A stretch of DNA of 63,204 nucleotides, filler included, from Octopus bimaculoides (lineage: Eukaryota), in assembly GCF_001194135.2 (NCBI RefSeq). It is 5 parts of 5 records of this genome, joined end to end, with 100 filler letters (N's around TTAATTAATTAA, not from the genome) between each part and the next. Parts side by side here need not be neighbours in the genome. Positions count along the whole stretch, not along the records: positions 16,995 to 36,724 come from NC_068983.1; positions 36,825 to 60,720 come from NC_068999.1; 3 more parts are not named here. One strand, given 5' to 3'. Shown one piece after another: positions 36,676-51,200 of the stretch (position 1 is its first letter; the number at the start of each line of letters is the position of its first letter). The position numbers were made by a program, and so were the translations under genes. The notes beneath the pieces were generated by a model that was given only the letters and a program-made list of their open reading frames with translations, made no database searches and was not told where the DNA came from.

Positions 36676-38234
36676 CTCTCATACATACATACATACATGC
36701 ATACATACATACGACAAGCTTCTTNNNNNNNNNNNNNNNNNNNNNNNNNNNNNNNNNNNNNNNNNNNNTTAATTAATTAANNNNNNNNNNNNNNNNNNNN
36801 NNNNNNNNNNNNNNNNNNNNNNNNAAGAAGGGATAGAGAGGCAGGCATAGAGGATGAAGGGAGATAATTTAGTGGTCCAGTTGGGGTGGGGGGATCAGTG
36901 TAAAGTGTGAGTGAAGAGAATGACATTTAATGGATGAAGAATGACTGACAAGTGAAATGGTTTCCAATAGCAAGAAAAAGTGGGATGCTTGCAAGGATAG
37001 GAAGCTGCGGGGAGAGTGATGAGATGTGATGGGATAGATATTCAGAGGCATTGGGTGAGGTTCCCATTTGTGCATATACATTTGTGCATATACATATGCA
37101 TGGTACACAGCAATTTTTGTTTGCCTAGACTGGAACCAGACTTAAGAGACCAAAAGGTATCAGTTGCTCTCTGCAGCCTGAAAGATATTTCATCATCCAA
37201 GAACAGCTGAATGTGCTGCCCAGGTAACTGGTTTGTGGCCAAGAATGTTTATGTCACATAGCCAACTGAAAATGGTGTTTCCTGGGGCTAAATAGCAGTA
37301 GTACTTTCCCCCTTTCCTGGGACTGCCACATTAAGTTGGCAACAAACCATCACTTTATTGTGCTGCTACTGTATAAATCTCTTAGAGATTTAGAAATGCA
37401 ATATTACTAATTTTATATATATNNNNNNNNNNNNNNNNNNNNNNNNNNNNNNNNNNNNNNNNNNNNNNNNNNNNNNNNNNNNNNNNNNNNNNNNNNNNNN
37501 NNNNNNNNNNNNNNNNNNNNNNNNNNNNNNNNNNNNNNNNNNNNNNNNNNNNNNNNNNNNNNNNNNNNNNNNNNNNNNNNNNNNNNNNNNNNNNNNNNNN
37601 NNNNNNNNNNNNNNNNNNNNNNNNNNNNNNNNNNNNNNNNNNNNNNNNNNNNNNNNNNNNNNNNNNNNNNNNNNNNNNNNNNNNNNNNNNNNNNNNNNNN
37701 NNNNNNNNNNNNNNNNNNNNNNNNNNNNNNNNNNNNNNNNNNNNNNNNNNNNNNNNNNNNNNNNNNNNNNNNNNNNNNNNNNNNNNNNNNNNNNNNNNNN
37801 NNNNNNNNNNNNNNNNNNNNTCTAATTGAGCACACTTAGTGTCAAAAGCTCTCCAGCAATGACCATCCCGTTATTTTAGGGCTACGTAGGACTGACTAAA
37901 TTTTCAAATGTGTTCTTCCCCCAAGTCAGTTGGATACGATTTGAGGGAGATTGAACTGCTGTTCTTTCTAGCAGATCGAACGGTCACAAGCGAGGCTTGT
38001 ATCGTTGAGAAGCGTTCATAAATTGGAAAAGAATGGTAAGTTCTGTGTTGTTTGATGGCTCAGCTTCGAAGAAGTTTCATTTGAAGAATGTCAACAAGAA
38101 GTCTTCCAGGAAGAGGGTTCCCCACGTTTAATTTGGAGGTTATTTGACTTTTTTGGGTATCCCAATGTTTTGTATGTGGATAATTCATTTTTTAATAGAT
38201 TCCGATTATATGGAAATTTCATTTTCATACGTAA

Positions 38235-38496
38235 CAGTGCTTCTCAAACTATCTGATGTGGCATACCGGCAGTTTTTTTTTCTTCCAATGTGCCAATATT
38301 AATTTATACCGGAAACAATATATATAATGAATATAATAAAAGTTGACAATTTTATCTTTTATTTATCTTGTAAACAATTAATACAATATTACATAAGCAT
38401 TTTATAATGTTTCTTTTCTGGAAACTCGCCGACTACGGGCAGCTGATGGCTCGCGGACCGGCACCGGTCCACGGACCACCATTTTGAGTAGCACTG
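38235..38496. mobile_element. hAT-type MITE
   Basis: TIR CAGTGCTTCTCAAA / TTTGAGTAGCACTG; degenerate 8-bp flanks atacgtaa / gtatataa. Confidence 0.7.
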
Positions 38497-38788
38497 GTAT
38501 ATAACATATAAACATGTATATCTTTTAGAACATTGTCATTTTATAAGATTTTGCTGGCAAATTCCTAAATTAACATAAACATTTATTTTATATGAAAGAA
38601 AATTACTGGAGAACTTCTAATTCTTCCAAATCTTTCTGCTTAAACAATTGAAATCATTTGTGGGGGATTTTTTTTTTATTACAGCAACTGGTCGTACACC
38701 ACAAGGTATAACGGAACCTACTGAAGCAGGCATGCTCTATATTTTATTAAATTATTTCATGGAAAAATCTGTTTACACACACACACAC

Positions 38789-39135
38789 GGCAGGCAGGCC
38801 GCGTGGTCAGGAAGTTCGATTCGCAACCACATAATTTCGGGTTCAGTACCACTACATGGCATCTTCGTGTCTTTATAATCATGGGTCATTCAATACTTTT
38901 AAAGTGAATTTTGTATGTAAGTATGTATATGAGTGTATATATCTAGGCGTGTGTGCGTGTATCTCTGTCCATCGCTCCATTAACGCTTGATAACCGGTGC
39001 TAGTTTGTTTACGTCCCTCCTCTTTACGTAACAATTCGGCAAGAGACCGACATAAGCACTGAAGATGGTTCCATCGACTAACACTACAATGCGGTGCCCC
39101 TGCATGGCTGCAATCCAACTACCGAAAATAAATAA
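38789..39135 (+). mobile_element. SINE family A, degraded
   Basis: Head and 3' end motifs partially retained. Confidence 0.6.
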
Positions 39136-39220
39136 AAGAATCTTAAAAGTATTTTATATATATATATATATNNNNNNNNNNNNNNNNNNNNNNNNNNNNN
39201 NCTTTGGTTTCCCGTCCATG

Positions 39221-39275
<55 letters not shown>

Positions 39276-39276
39276 G

Positions 39277-39318
<42 letters not shown>

Positions 39319-42300
39319 GACACACAGACAATACATGTGTGTGTGTGCTTGTGTATGTATGTAATGATCTCTTTCGCCGGTCATTTTCATCTTCAATGCA
39401 ATGAAATGACCAGTCAGAGACTGAAACCATTTTCTAGACAAGCTAAGCTAGAGTTTAATCAACCACAGACCATTTTGTTCACATTAAACTCTACTTTTGA
39501 AATTAGTGAAGCCTCCCGTGTTGAACATTATTGATGGTATGTCTGCTGGACCTACAAGGTGCTACAGTAGTTGTCCATACTCAACCAAACCATCTTACAC
39601 CAACACTGACATGGTCTGTTATATGAAAAATAAATAAACACTACCATATATAGCAGTTGACTGCTATATCCTCACTGCAAGACCTCTTTTCTTGAACAAT
39701 ATCGCTATTGTTAGCATCCTGTGTTCATTATGTTCAGAATGCTTCGATCACGTTTAAGCTTGTATTCAGCTCTGTCTTCCAACGACATATGAGTAAAATA
39801 AATATTATTATGTCTAGTCAGGCAAGAATTATAGTTGATTAATAGAATTATCGTTGCTTCCTGATTAAGGTTTGTTTATCAACAACAGCAGATTCTAACC
39901 AGAGGTACCGTTAACTTTGGTCTTAAGCGCAGGAATCGGTTTATGTCGTCACACTTCCTTCTTTCGTCAGTTTCCTAAAGGTAAGGCGTTACTCTTTCTT
40001 CGTTTCTGGTTTATTTATCTGCTTCCTGACATATATATTGCTAATGGTAACTTAAAATTAAAAAAAAAAAAAAACTATTTCATCATATTGGAAGATTTAA
40101 NNNNNNNNNNNNNNNNNNNNNNNNNNNNNNNNNNNNNNNNNNNNNNNNNNNNNNNNNNNNNNNNNNNNNNNNNNNNNNNNNNNNNNNNNNNNNNNNNNNN
40201 NNNNNNNNNNNNNNNNNNNNNNNNNNNNNNNNNNNNNNNNNNNNNNNNNNNNNNNNNNNNNNNNNNNNNNNNNNNNNNNNNNNNNNNNNNNNNNNNNNAT
40301 TAAAAGTTTAAATTTTAAAAAATTATATGAACTTCATCAGTCAATCCTATTTAAATCTGTGATTTCTTTTAATTTCGCTTCACATAATGCTTGTTTATAA
40401 AAAAATAACTTGTGCAATCAGAAGTAAAACCTGTTTCTTTAGTGATCAATAACCTGCTTTCAGTAGATCTTATAATATTATCAGTTGACTTACTAATAAC
40501 TACCAACATCACGGAAAGGTTTTCCACACGTTTTATTTAAATATGATGCTTGAATGGGTGTAATTCTATAGATTATTGATACCTGTATTATTGTCAGAGC
40601 CAGCTTGGGTCGTGTTACTGTCCCGTCTGGATACCCAACTTTTAAAGAGAAGTGCAGTCAATTGTATCAATAACAATGTACTGGTAATTGTTTTATCGAC
40701 CCGGGGCGGGGACTAAAATTTGACGCTCGCCTTATTTGAACTCCTAATAATAAAACATTAAATTAGATACTAGAGCTGCCTACTAATTGATATTTCATTT
40801 TCAACTTCGTCTTACGAAATGTAAGAATCTGTTTCTCGTAATTTATTCCCAAAAGTCAAAAAGATGGTAATTATTAAAAGGCACTGATGTATAATTTTCT
40901 GTCAGTATATATATATATATATATATTAAAAATGGGGGAGGCCGGTTTATGGGATTACTTTAGGTTTCCCGTCCTTAAAGGGTTTAGCTTTATGGCGTAT
41001 CGTCAGATCCCAAAACCTGTTGGCCCATAACCTCTTGAAAATATTTTGGTTAATGTTTACATAATATGGTTTATTTTTAATATTTAGAGAGAGAGAGAGA
41101 GAGAGATATCTTGAACGAATGTGAGCTTATGACAGCAGCTCTACTTGTTATGCTCGATATCTCATTAGGTACAAACACCGATTTTCTGGACACTGATTTT
41201 CCGGAACCTCTTATGTTCTGCACTAATTCACGAGTAGGAACTTCAAATTCCCGCGGCCGCTAGAATAGTTTACTGATACCTTGCGCAGTACAGAATTAAT
41301 GAACATGTATCATTTATACTAATTTACAAATACCTGTATGCCATTTAATTACGTAAGTAAGCTTAATATTTGTTTAATTTTCAGTGTGACCACTCTGGGT
41401 TCGGAAAAATAAGTAAGCCTAATCCGGAATGGATTTGGAACCAAAGTTTCTGGGAAATCAATGTTGTTTCTCTACTAGATAATAAAAGTACACGTACTAT
41501 AATATTAATTGTTACATTATTTGGCAAACGAAAGATCGCCTATTATTTCAGGTATTGCACAAGAGAAATGGATACTTTTGGTGTAAAAGTGTGACAATTA
41601 TAAATCGTAAAAACAGATAAGGTCTGCCGTGCGATGATGAGGAAAAGATAGGGGTAGTATTTTGGGGGATAGAAATGACATCACGGGGAGAAAAGTTAGT
41701 AAAAATGTCACGTTTCATTTAAGTCCCTTAGATCGTAGGAGTAATTGTCAGTATGTGTCTTGTACACAACGACATCATTAATTAATGACATCACACGTGT
41801 AAAAAAATCTTTCATAAAAACAATGAAAGAAAAAGCGAAAACAACTGAAAAATGTGTTGATTTTTTCCGTCTTCTTCTGGATCCAATATTTTCGTTCTCG
41901 AGTTTAAATTAACATTTTAATTTTTAAATCACATTAGACTGTCACCTGCCTACTGCCAATCTTAGAGTGTCCCTGTTAGGGACTGCCCTCTCTTTTACTG
42001 ATTCTGAGTGAAAAATAAATCCAAAAATTTGAATACAAAATTAAAATTTTAAAAAGTCCGGATTTTTATTTTAGGACGGTAGCATACCTACACAAGTGTG
42101 CTCCACCAACTTTGTTTCCTCGTAACTTTCAGAAACATCGATATTTTTAATGTTATTGCATGCGCAATCTTAGTAATATAAGGCTATTCTTTTGTAAGTT
42201 ATCCTGGTGGTTGAAACAATTGGGAATGTGTATCCTATATGATGCTTGGACTCCTGTGTCATCTAAAAGCTTGGGCATTGAACAGTTGTCTAGGTTTAGG

Positions 42301-44041
42301 GACCCAATGCTGGTCTATGTATACTGTAGCTTACTGTCAATACGTATATACTATAGGACTAAAATGCTGTTAAGACGTTCCTGATGGACGCTAGGGAAAC
42401 ATGTATGTATCACATGTGATATATAGAGCAGCCTACTTTCTATCACACATAACAGTCTAGGTATTACAATGCATAGGCATAGTTATTTCGGTAAATTTTG
42501 GGAAGTACCGCCGCACGAGTTTCACTAAGAAAAAAAAATACCTCGGATTTTTTGCCTGGAATTAAGTACCCTCATCTCCTAATGTGCCGCAAACCCCTTA
42601 TTTTTTTTTCGAAAAAAAAAAAAAAAAAAAAAGAGTGGGTGGGAAACGGATCCCGCCCCCATTCCGGAATCGTTGAAAAATTTTTTTACGTTGAATGAAT
42701 TACGGTGATCGTCTAATATGCCACAAAATACTATTTTTGGTGCGGTAATTTCATCACCCCGTCACCTCCAGCATTTTACAGAAAAACGCTTTCGAGATTA
42801 TGGATTACATGGTTCGTTATTAAATATGTATTTACTAGTTGACCCGATGTGGACCCGTTGAATATATGAGGCCCTCATTAGTACAACTACACATCAGCCT
42901 TCTTACAAAGTTTACATAACGGTCATACACCACCATATTTTCCACTGTTCATATATAACTGATACCATACACCATTTCAGTTATATATATATATATACAT
43001 CCAACCTGGAATTATATCTCGAGTCATTCTGAGGTCTTGCAGTAGCAGTTAAGCTAAACTTTACTGATGAGGTCGAAACATGCTCCTGGAGTTATCCTCA
43101 TATTTCCAAATATCAGACTTACTTCCCAATGTCCGCTATTTTTTCAGAAAGATTTCAGATTTGCCTCCCTTGTTTTTTGTTAATCCAATTTGTTATTTTG
43201 ATAATGATTTTTCTTGACATTTCGTAGCTTATTACATCAAATATGTTTGTGCCCACTTTACTATTCAAATGACTGGAAAAGGTAATAAAGTTGGCCACCA
43301 GGAGGTAGCGAACAGTAGGGTGAGGGGTTCAAATAGAAGATGAGAGTCTTCAAATATTCAGAGTTGATGAATGAATCAACCTCTCCGGGCAGCTTGCCTG
43401 AACCAAACCAATTTTTTCCTGCCAGACGTTCTGACCAAGTGATGAGGTACGAACATCTGGCTTCCGTTTTAGTCACATTGGTCTTTTGCTAACTAAATAT
43501 CTCTTTGCACATGCTATGACTACAGATGACAGCAGTAGTTCAGTAACTGAGTTGGTTGATCCTGGCTGTCGACGGTTTTTTTGTCTGTTCATCTGTTCAG
43601 CATCTAGTGATATTTGCCATTGATTTCATACGTTCAGTTACCATAGTAGTTCTCATCCACTATGCTGCATCCTGTGATTGCAACGTATCCTGGCTTAGGT
43701 AGGTTACATGCTAATTAACCTATAACAGGGATTGTGACAGGTGCTACTACTCAGAGTTAGAATAGACCTGGGAACAGTATTGTCTAAGAGGTTATTTAAC
43801 ACTCTTCATAACCCTGGGGCTCTGGAACCAAGACCCTACCATCAGATGCAGTTTAAACTCATACTAAGGACTGATGTATGAATCAATAAAATAATAGTTC
43901 ATTAATGATTCGTTTAAAGTCATACTGAGGACAGGTGTATGAATTATTGAAATAATTATTAAAAACAGAACCAATAATGAAAATGAACATAAAAAAGAAA
44001 TAAAATAAATTTTTATTTATTACACACTTTGAAAATGTTAA

Positions 44042-44261
44042 CCCTTTTGCGTTCAAATTACTCTGCCAAATGTGAAGCTTATTTATTCATGTTGTTTTGA
44101 ATTAATCATGTATTGTCTCATGGCTTTGAGATTTTGATGATGTTATTGTCTATTTTTAGAATGGCATTATAGGGTAGATGTTAGAGCTTAGATCAAGCCA
44201 GTTTGACCATAAAACAGGAGGTATATTTTGGCTGGATATGGCCATTTTAAACGCTACAGGG
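44042..44261. mobile_element. piggyBac-like MITE
   Basis: TTAA-CCCTTTTGCGTTCAAA ... TTTAAACGCTACAGGG-TTAC; related 5' end at about 46222. Confidence 0.55.
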
Positions 44262-44703
44262 TTACAGCAACTATCTACAGTAAAGCTTGTCTGTCTTTAT
44301 ATTACTGGCATAAAAGACACACAGGCATGTTAGATGCACCTCACCCCAGTTTCAACAACACATATCCAGGAAAAAATTTTTTAGTACATTCAGGAACAAA
44401 ATTAGCTTATGGAAGGTTCAACTTTGCATGTAGGGCCCAAAGTGAGGTATTTTTCTTTTCATTTGTTTTTTATTTTGGAAAATGTGCATCTTATATGCCA
44501 TCATATATGGTATTTCTGCCACATGATGGTGTTTTACCCAATTTATTGTTGCCTAAACATTCGTTTTTCATTTATTTGGAACTATATTTTTCTTTTTCTT
44601 TGCTTTTATTTTAAATATTCTTTGCAGATAATTCAAACTGGGGTGTGGCAAGTCTCGATCAAGACCAGTTAGTCCTAACGGTGCAGGTAGAAATAATAGC
44701 TGC

Positions 44704-47700
44704 ATGGACAAGTCAGTTGACAAACAGCAAGCTGCAAAGAACATGATTCCTCAGTTTCCTGCTGCCAATTCCCAGCAGCGTTCTTCATCATCTTCGATGT
44801 CTTCGGGTGGACGCAACAAAGTTGCTCTGAAGGAATGCCGATCTTTAATGGACTGGATACGCTTATCACGAAGTGGTGAAGACCTTACTGGAATCGGGGG
44901 AAAGGTAATTGATGTCACCCCAGAAGAACTGCGGAAACACAATACTGAGAATGATGCATGGATGGCTATAAGAGGTAAATATTTTTCCTTTAGTTTACCA
45001 TTAATAAATTCCTTTGAAATACTCAACAAAGCTATATAAGTCATGTGTGTTTTCGCCCGTGATTTGATAAGCAGTGCCAAGTTTTACAATTCTGTAAATA
45101 ATAATAATAATAATAATAATATTTTATAAGCTTAAAGCTTATAAGCAATCATTGGTTTTCTTTAATCAAGACATGTTGATTGCTAATGAGTTTTAAGCTC
45201 ATAAAAAATTATCATATAAATCTGTTGTAACGTAATTTGTTATGTACAATAAATAAGATAACCAGACAACAGTAAAAACAACGCAATGGACTAACAAATC
45301 TCTTTACAAACCAACGAACAATATTCCTTGTGAATTGACCAACCGACACCTTCTGACTTCACTGCAAACTAACATGAACTTTACTTGATTCCAAACTCTG
45401 AATCTCACTTGGATTGTTACCATTTATACTTTACTCGGACCAGTCTATCTCTCACAAGGGGGCATCGTGACTCTCATCACAGCAAAATCATACTTGATAA
45501 ATATTGGGTTCAAATTTTGGCACAGGGCTGGCAATTTCCCGAGAGTGGGGTTGTCAGTTCTATTGACCCCCAGTGCTCAACTGGTACTTATTTTGTTGAC
45601 CCCACCCAAAAAGAATAAAAGGCAGAGTCAGCATCAGTGGAATTTGAACTCAGAATGTAAAGATGGACAAAATGTGAGTAAGCATTTTGCCCGGCATGCT
45701 AACAATTCTGCCAGCTCACTGCCTTGTTCATATAATTAATATTGGTCTCAAAATTTTGCACAAGGCCAGCAATTTCGTGGGTGGGGGAGGGGATAATTTG
45801 ACTATATTGATCCCAGTGCTCAACTGGTACTTATTTTATCAACCCCGAAAGGATGAAAGGTAAAATGATGATGATGATGATGCAACTCCATACCCCTTAT
45901 ATTGTGTTCGTATGTAACATTACATACAAGATGAAGGAAACTGGACTTCACTGTGTAAATGGTTTGGCTCATTGTTTGTTTTTTATTTTGATGTTCGCCA
46001 TTTTATGTACATAATACAAAAGATCACTGACATTTATGAATAGTTTATGATTTCTTTCAGGTAGAGTATATAATGTCACACCATATATGGAGTATCATCC
46101 TGGAGGTATTGCTGAGTTAATGCGTGGTGTCGGTAAAGATGGAACCCAGCTGTTTGATGAGGTAAAAACATTTAATTTCTTTTGTCGCTTTAAAAGATTC
46201 AAGCATTTTTGCTTCAACTCTTTAACCCTTTAGCATTTAAACTGGCCATATCCGGCCAAAATATTCTACCTGTTTTGTCTTCAAGCTGGCATTTTTCTCC
46301 ACTAAGTTCTTTAAAAAAATGAACATTAATTCATTTTGTAGTATCTGAGAAAAGTGAATGTTCTTCGTTTCATCTGTGATTCTATTTATTTAGATCCATC
46401 GTTGGGTTAATGTCAATTCTATGCTTGAGAAGTGTTACATTGGACAGTTGAAGAGTGAACAGATCTTTGAAAGTAAGTGTTGTTTTATGCATTTCTTTTA
46501 ATACATAATTTTAGGTGGGTAGGGAGTAGAATAAAGTACCAGGCAAATACTGAATTTCAATATTTCTTATTTGAAACCATTATTGTTATTATTATTATTA
46601 TTATTATTGAGTGAGAGAGCAGTGCATGCCATCAAAGTGACACTGGGGTAGAATATATGAAGCCCAGTATACCCATCATGACTACCCATTTGATAAGGGT
46701 ACACCAGGCACATGCATCACAACCCTGTATATGCAACATGGTGATCTCATAGCAAGATAAACAGTGCTCGACCTTGCAGGTGGGCCTAATTAGAATTTTC
46801 TTCAGGTTGAGTTGCTCATCTCGCTCAAAAGGTCCCTGAATAAGGGACTTTTTAAAGATGTTGAACAAAGATGTTTAAAGATGTTGAGCAAAGATGTTTA
46901 AAGATGTTGAGCAATGTTTAAAGATGTTGAACAAAACACAGATGTTTTCAAAGGTAAATAATCCAAACCCCCAAAGAATTCCTCTCAATACATGGCTATG
47001 ATGCTCCCCCACTACTTCTGCTCGTGATCAGAGATGCACATATCGTCAGCCACGAAGGGACATGCTCAACTGGTTAAGGTCAAACAACTGACAAGCAAAT
47101 CTGTGGTATTGAGCAGAATATTTGCTGTAGTCCATCTTTTTATACCAAGACAAAACAATGTACATGATAACACTTCCATTCAGTTAAGGTCAGAAGCCAT
47201 GAGAGCCACTGCCTGGTACTGCATCAGGGCATTTATTCTTATTTTTGTTACTATTATTATTATTGAGGTTAAGGTGGCGAGCTGGCAGAATTGTCAGCTC
47301 GTTAAGCAAAATGCTTAGCGGTATTTCACCTGCTTTTACATTCTGAGTTTAAATTCCGCCGAGGTCGACTTTGCCCCAGTGTGTTTTGGCTTGGTTTCTA
47401 TGGCTGGATGCCCTTCCTAATGTCAACCACTCTACAGAATATACTGGGTGTCTTTTCTGTACCATCAACATGGATGCCAGGCAGTTCTTACGATTATAAT
47501 GAATAAACATGTCACACAAATTATAATATGTTTCTCTTATTTCCATTTTTCAGAGAAAAATTTCAGTTCAAGACTAAACTTTCCCACTCCTGTGTTACCT
47601 CCAGGTAAAAAAATTATAAATTTTGGTATCAGATTTTTAAAAGTATTTTTAAGAAGGTCTTTCTGTTTTTTTAAAAAAATTTTTTTATTGAGGACAAAGG

Positions 47701-48148
47701 TAGCAAGCTGGCAGAATCATTAGCTCATTGGGCAATATGCTTAGCAGCATTTCATCTGCCTTTATGTTCTGAGTTTGAACACCGCCAAGGTTGACTTAGC
47801 CTTTCATCCTTTCGGGGGTCGTTAAAATAAACACCAGTTGAGCACTGGGGTCGATGTAATCGACTTACTTCCTCCCCAAACTTGCTGGCCTTGTGTCAAA
47901 ATTTGAAATCATTATTTTTTTTTTCTTTTAATTGTTTTAGTCGTCTGACTGGGGCCATGCTGGAGCACTGCCTTTTAGTCAAAGAAATCGACTGCTGGAC
48001 TTATTCTTTGTAAGTCTGGTACTTATTCTATCAGTCTCTTCTGGTGAGCTGGTAGGTTACGGAGACGTAAACACACCAACATCAGTTGTCAAGCGATGGT
48101 GAGGGCAGTGACAAACACAAACACACACACACACACATAAATATATAC

Positions 48149-48236
<88 letters not shown>

Positions 48237-51200
48237 CAGGCTTCTTTCAGTTTCCATCTACCAAATCCACTCACAAGGTTTTGGTTGGCTTGAAGCTATA
48301 GTAGAAGACACTTGCCCAAGGTACCACACGGTGGGACTGAACCTAGAACCACATGGTTGGGAACCAAGCTTTTTACCACACAGCCACTCATGCGTCTGTA
48401 ACAATTGTTCATTTGACTTGGTAAGATGAAAAATTATTTGATTTATGAATGTAACAGTTTCATCTTTATACTGGTACATTACTAATTATTTTCTACTCAC
48501 TACTATTATAATTAATTATTATAATATGTTTTTTTATTATCAGTTTTTAAAGAACCGCCTGCCACTAGCAAACAACCAAGGTAAGTCCAATAGATCTTTG
48601 ATTCCAATAGTTATAGAGTTAAACCCTTAATATTATAGCTGAATAAAGGCAGTGAGCAGCCAGAATCCTTACTGCACCAGACAAAATACTTAACAGTCAC
48701 TGAGATCAGTTTTGTCTTTCATCCTTTTGGGGCTCATTAAAATAAGTACCAGTTGAGCATTGGGGTCGATGAAATTCACTCACACTTCCCCTCAAAATTG
48801 TTTGCCTTATGCCAAAATTAGAAAAATATTGTATTTGAATATTACAGAAAATTAAAGTACAGATTGTGATTAGTTACAAATATACAGTGGAGCCTGGTGC
48901 AATCCTCTGGTTTACCAGCTCCTGTCAAACCATCCAATCCATGCCAGCTTGGAAGATGGATGTTAAATGATGATGATAACCGTGGGAAAACTAGCATTAA
49001 TTTCTCTTAGTCCTTTGTTTTAAATTCAAGCCATTTATTTCTATATGCAGTTGTAATCATCATCGTCGAATAATGTCCGCTTTCCATGCTAGCATGGGTT
49101 GGACGATTTGACTGAGGACTGGTGAACCAGAAGGCTACACCAGGCTCCAATCTGATTTGGCAGAGTTTCTACAGCTGGATGCCCTTCCTAATGCCAACCA
49201 CTCCAAGAATGTAGTGGGTGCTTTTACGTGCCACCGGCACGAAGGCCAGTCAGGCGGTACTGGCAACGGCCACGCTCAAAATGGTGTATTTTACGTGCCA
49301 CCTGCACAGGAGCCAGTCCAGCAGCACTGGCAACGATCTCGCTCGAATGTCTTTACATGTGCCAGGAAGGCGACGGTGCCATCACGATTAATATTTCTAT
49401 AATATATGTATCAAAGTCTGCTGCACAGTGGCACCCATTTGATGTTCAGTTAATAGACATCATCAGCTATTCTCTGTACAATACAAATTTGTACGGATTT
49501 TATACAGGTTCATGTATTTCCCAGCATACAAGTTGATGTAGTATGTAGTCTAAACATTCAAACATAATCACCATCTTTCCAAATTCAACTGCATTTCACA
49601 TGGAACTCTTGTGCCTATGAAGTCATCGTGGTGTATAAGTCGACCTGCTTCTTTTGGCTGTAAATTTTGGTCTGAAGAATTTGACTTGTACGTCAGAAAA
49701 TATGGTAATTCACTGATTATCTCAGAGATTATCTGGAAAGATGATTGGGGAGTTTTGTTTTTGTTAATGTTCTCTTAATAATCCCCTTTGTGGACTGATT
49801 TCTACTGATTTTAGTTGATAAAATAGTTGTGGTATTCTTTTTAGTTTGTTTCTTTCAATTATATTAATGTTACTGAATCTATTTAATTTATTGATTACAA
49901 TATTGTAAATCTATTTTCAGTTCTGATTGGTTCCAGAGTGAAACCTCAGTTACAGTAGTTCTCTATACACATTGCACTTCTATGAAATCAGAATATGTTA
50001 TTGTTGATCGTAATGATAATGACTTACATCTTTATACATTTATTAAACCAAAAATGTTTAAAATGCACATCAGTAAGTACAATTTTAACCAATCTCATAG
50101 AAAATGAAAACTTTAGACTATTGAATTTAGTTTTGAAAATTTTATTTCATAAGACAGTCATAAGTGATAATTCCTGTTTGGGGTTATAAATTTTGAGAAA
50201 GCATGCATACATGTAGTATATATGGGAGGGTGAGTAGCAGAGAGGTGGAAACAAAGGAATGTGTAAGGAAATTGTAGAGTGCAAGGAAGGAGCAAACCAA
50301 GACAAACCATGACCCTCGCAAGTGTGAGCAGATAGAAGATCAACTTATGTGAAGGCAGGAACTAATTATTTTCTAACACTTTCATTCTTTCTTGATAATT
50401 GGTTATTAGCATACTGTTGGTTAAAACAAAATTGTCTACCCCATCTGCTGAAGAAAAACAGGAAAAACAAAACATTCCATGAATGTCTTCTAAACTAACT
50501 TCATATGTTTAATTTTATTAATTTTTACCTTGGGTTATGTCATGCTGGTAATTTCAAATAAGGATGAAACGGTACTATACGTGGTTGCATATGATGAGAA
50601 AATTTAAGATCTTTGTAATGAGGAGAGGAAAAAAGTTAAATGTATATATTCTTTGCATCTTCTTTGTTACTCTTAGATTTAAAATTCTAACTTATAATAA
50701 TTTAGTAGGGATTATCTCCATTACAACAACTACTGCCAGGGCACATCATGTGTTCAAATAAAATCATTTTTTGAAATCACCAAAAAGAAATTATTATTTT
50801 TAGAGAGAGAAAGTGATGTGCAAGAAGAATGAATGATTTTCTATACTGATAGCATGTGTGTACATCATTGATTTTAGTTAACTAAATATTATCACTTCAA
50901 AAGCTAATATTTTAAACATTAGGGATGAAACCTTCTCTCTCTGCATATATAAGCATTGTTTCACACTCTGAAATTTCAAAGAAGATCCCTCCCCACCCAC
51001 CTTTACCAGGTTTTCTTCTCTGAACATGGACATTAACTGTATGCATAAAAGGCATAAAAGACACATACCCTCATGCCGGTCTCCTTCAGCACATAGATAT
51101 ACAAGCATCATACATGTCCAGGACATTACATGATATCCACAAACTTATCATGCAACAAACTCATAATTTTTTATTCCCATAAACTAGACTTGATGTCAAA

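Noticed and set aside
36825-37070. Possible Penelope ORF end (HPMPLNI resembling HPxGLN) on minus strand
   Set aside because: Too degenerate to support
24685-40303. Long ORFs of 128-312 aa full of X
   Set aside because: Read through N gaps; no information
43060-43095. CTGATGA-ggtc-GAAAC-ATGC hammerhead-like core
   Set aside because: No stem I complementarity, stem II only 1 bp, U16.1 absent
43261-43476. 71-aa minus-strand ORF as exon of a divergent gene
   Set aside because: GTG start, no recognisable domain or flanking splice sites
44751-45080. 109-aa antisense ORF over CYB5R4 exon 1
   Set aside because: Shadow ORF of the coding strand
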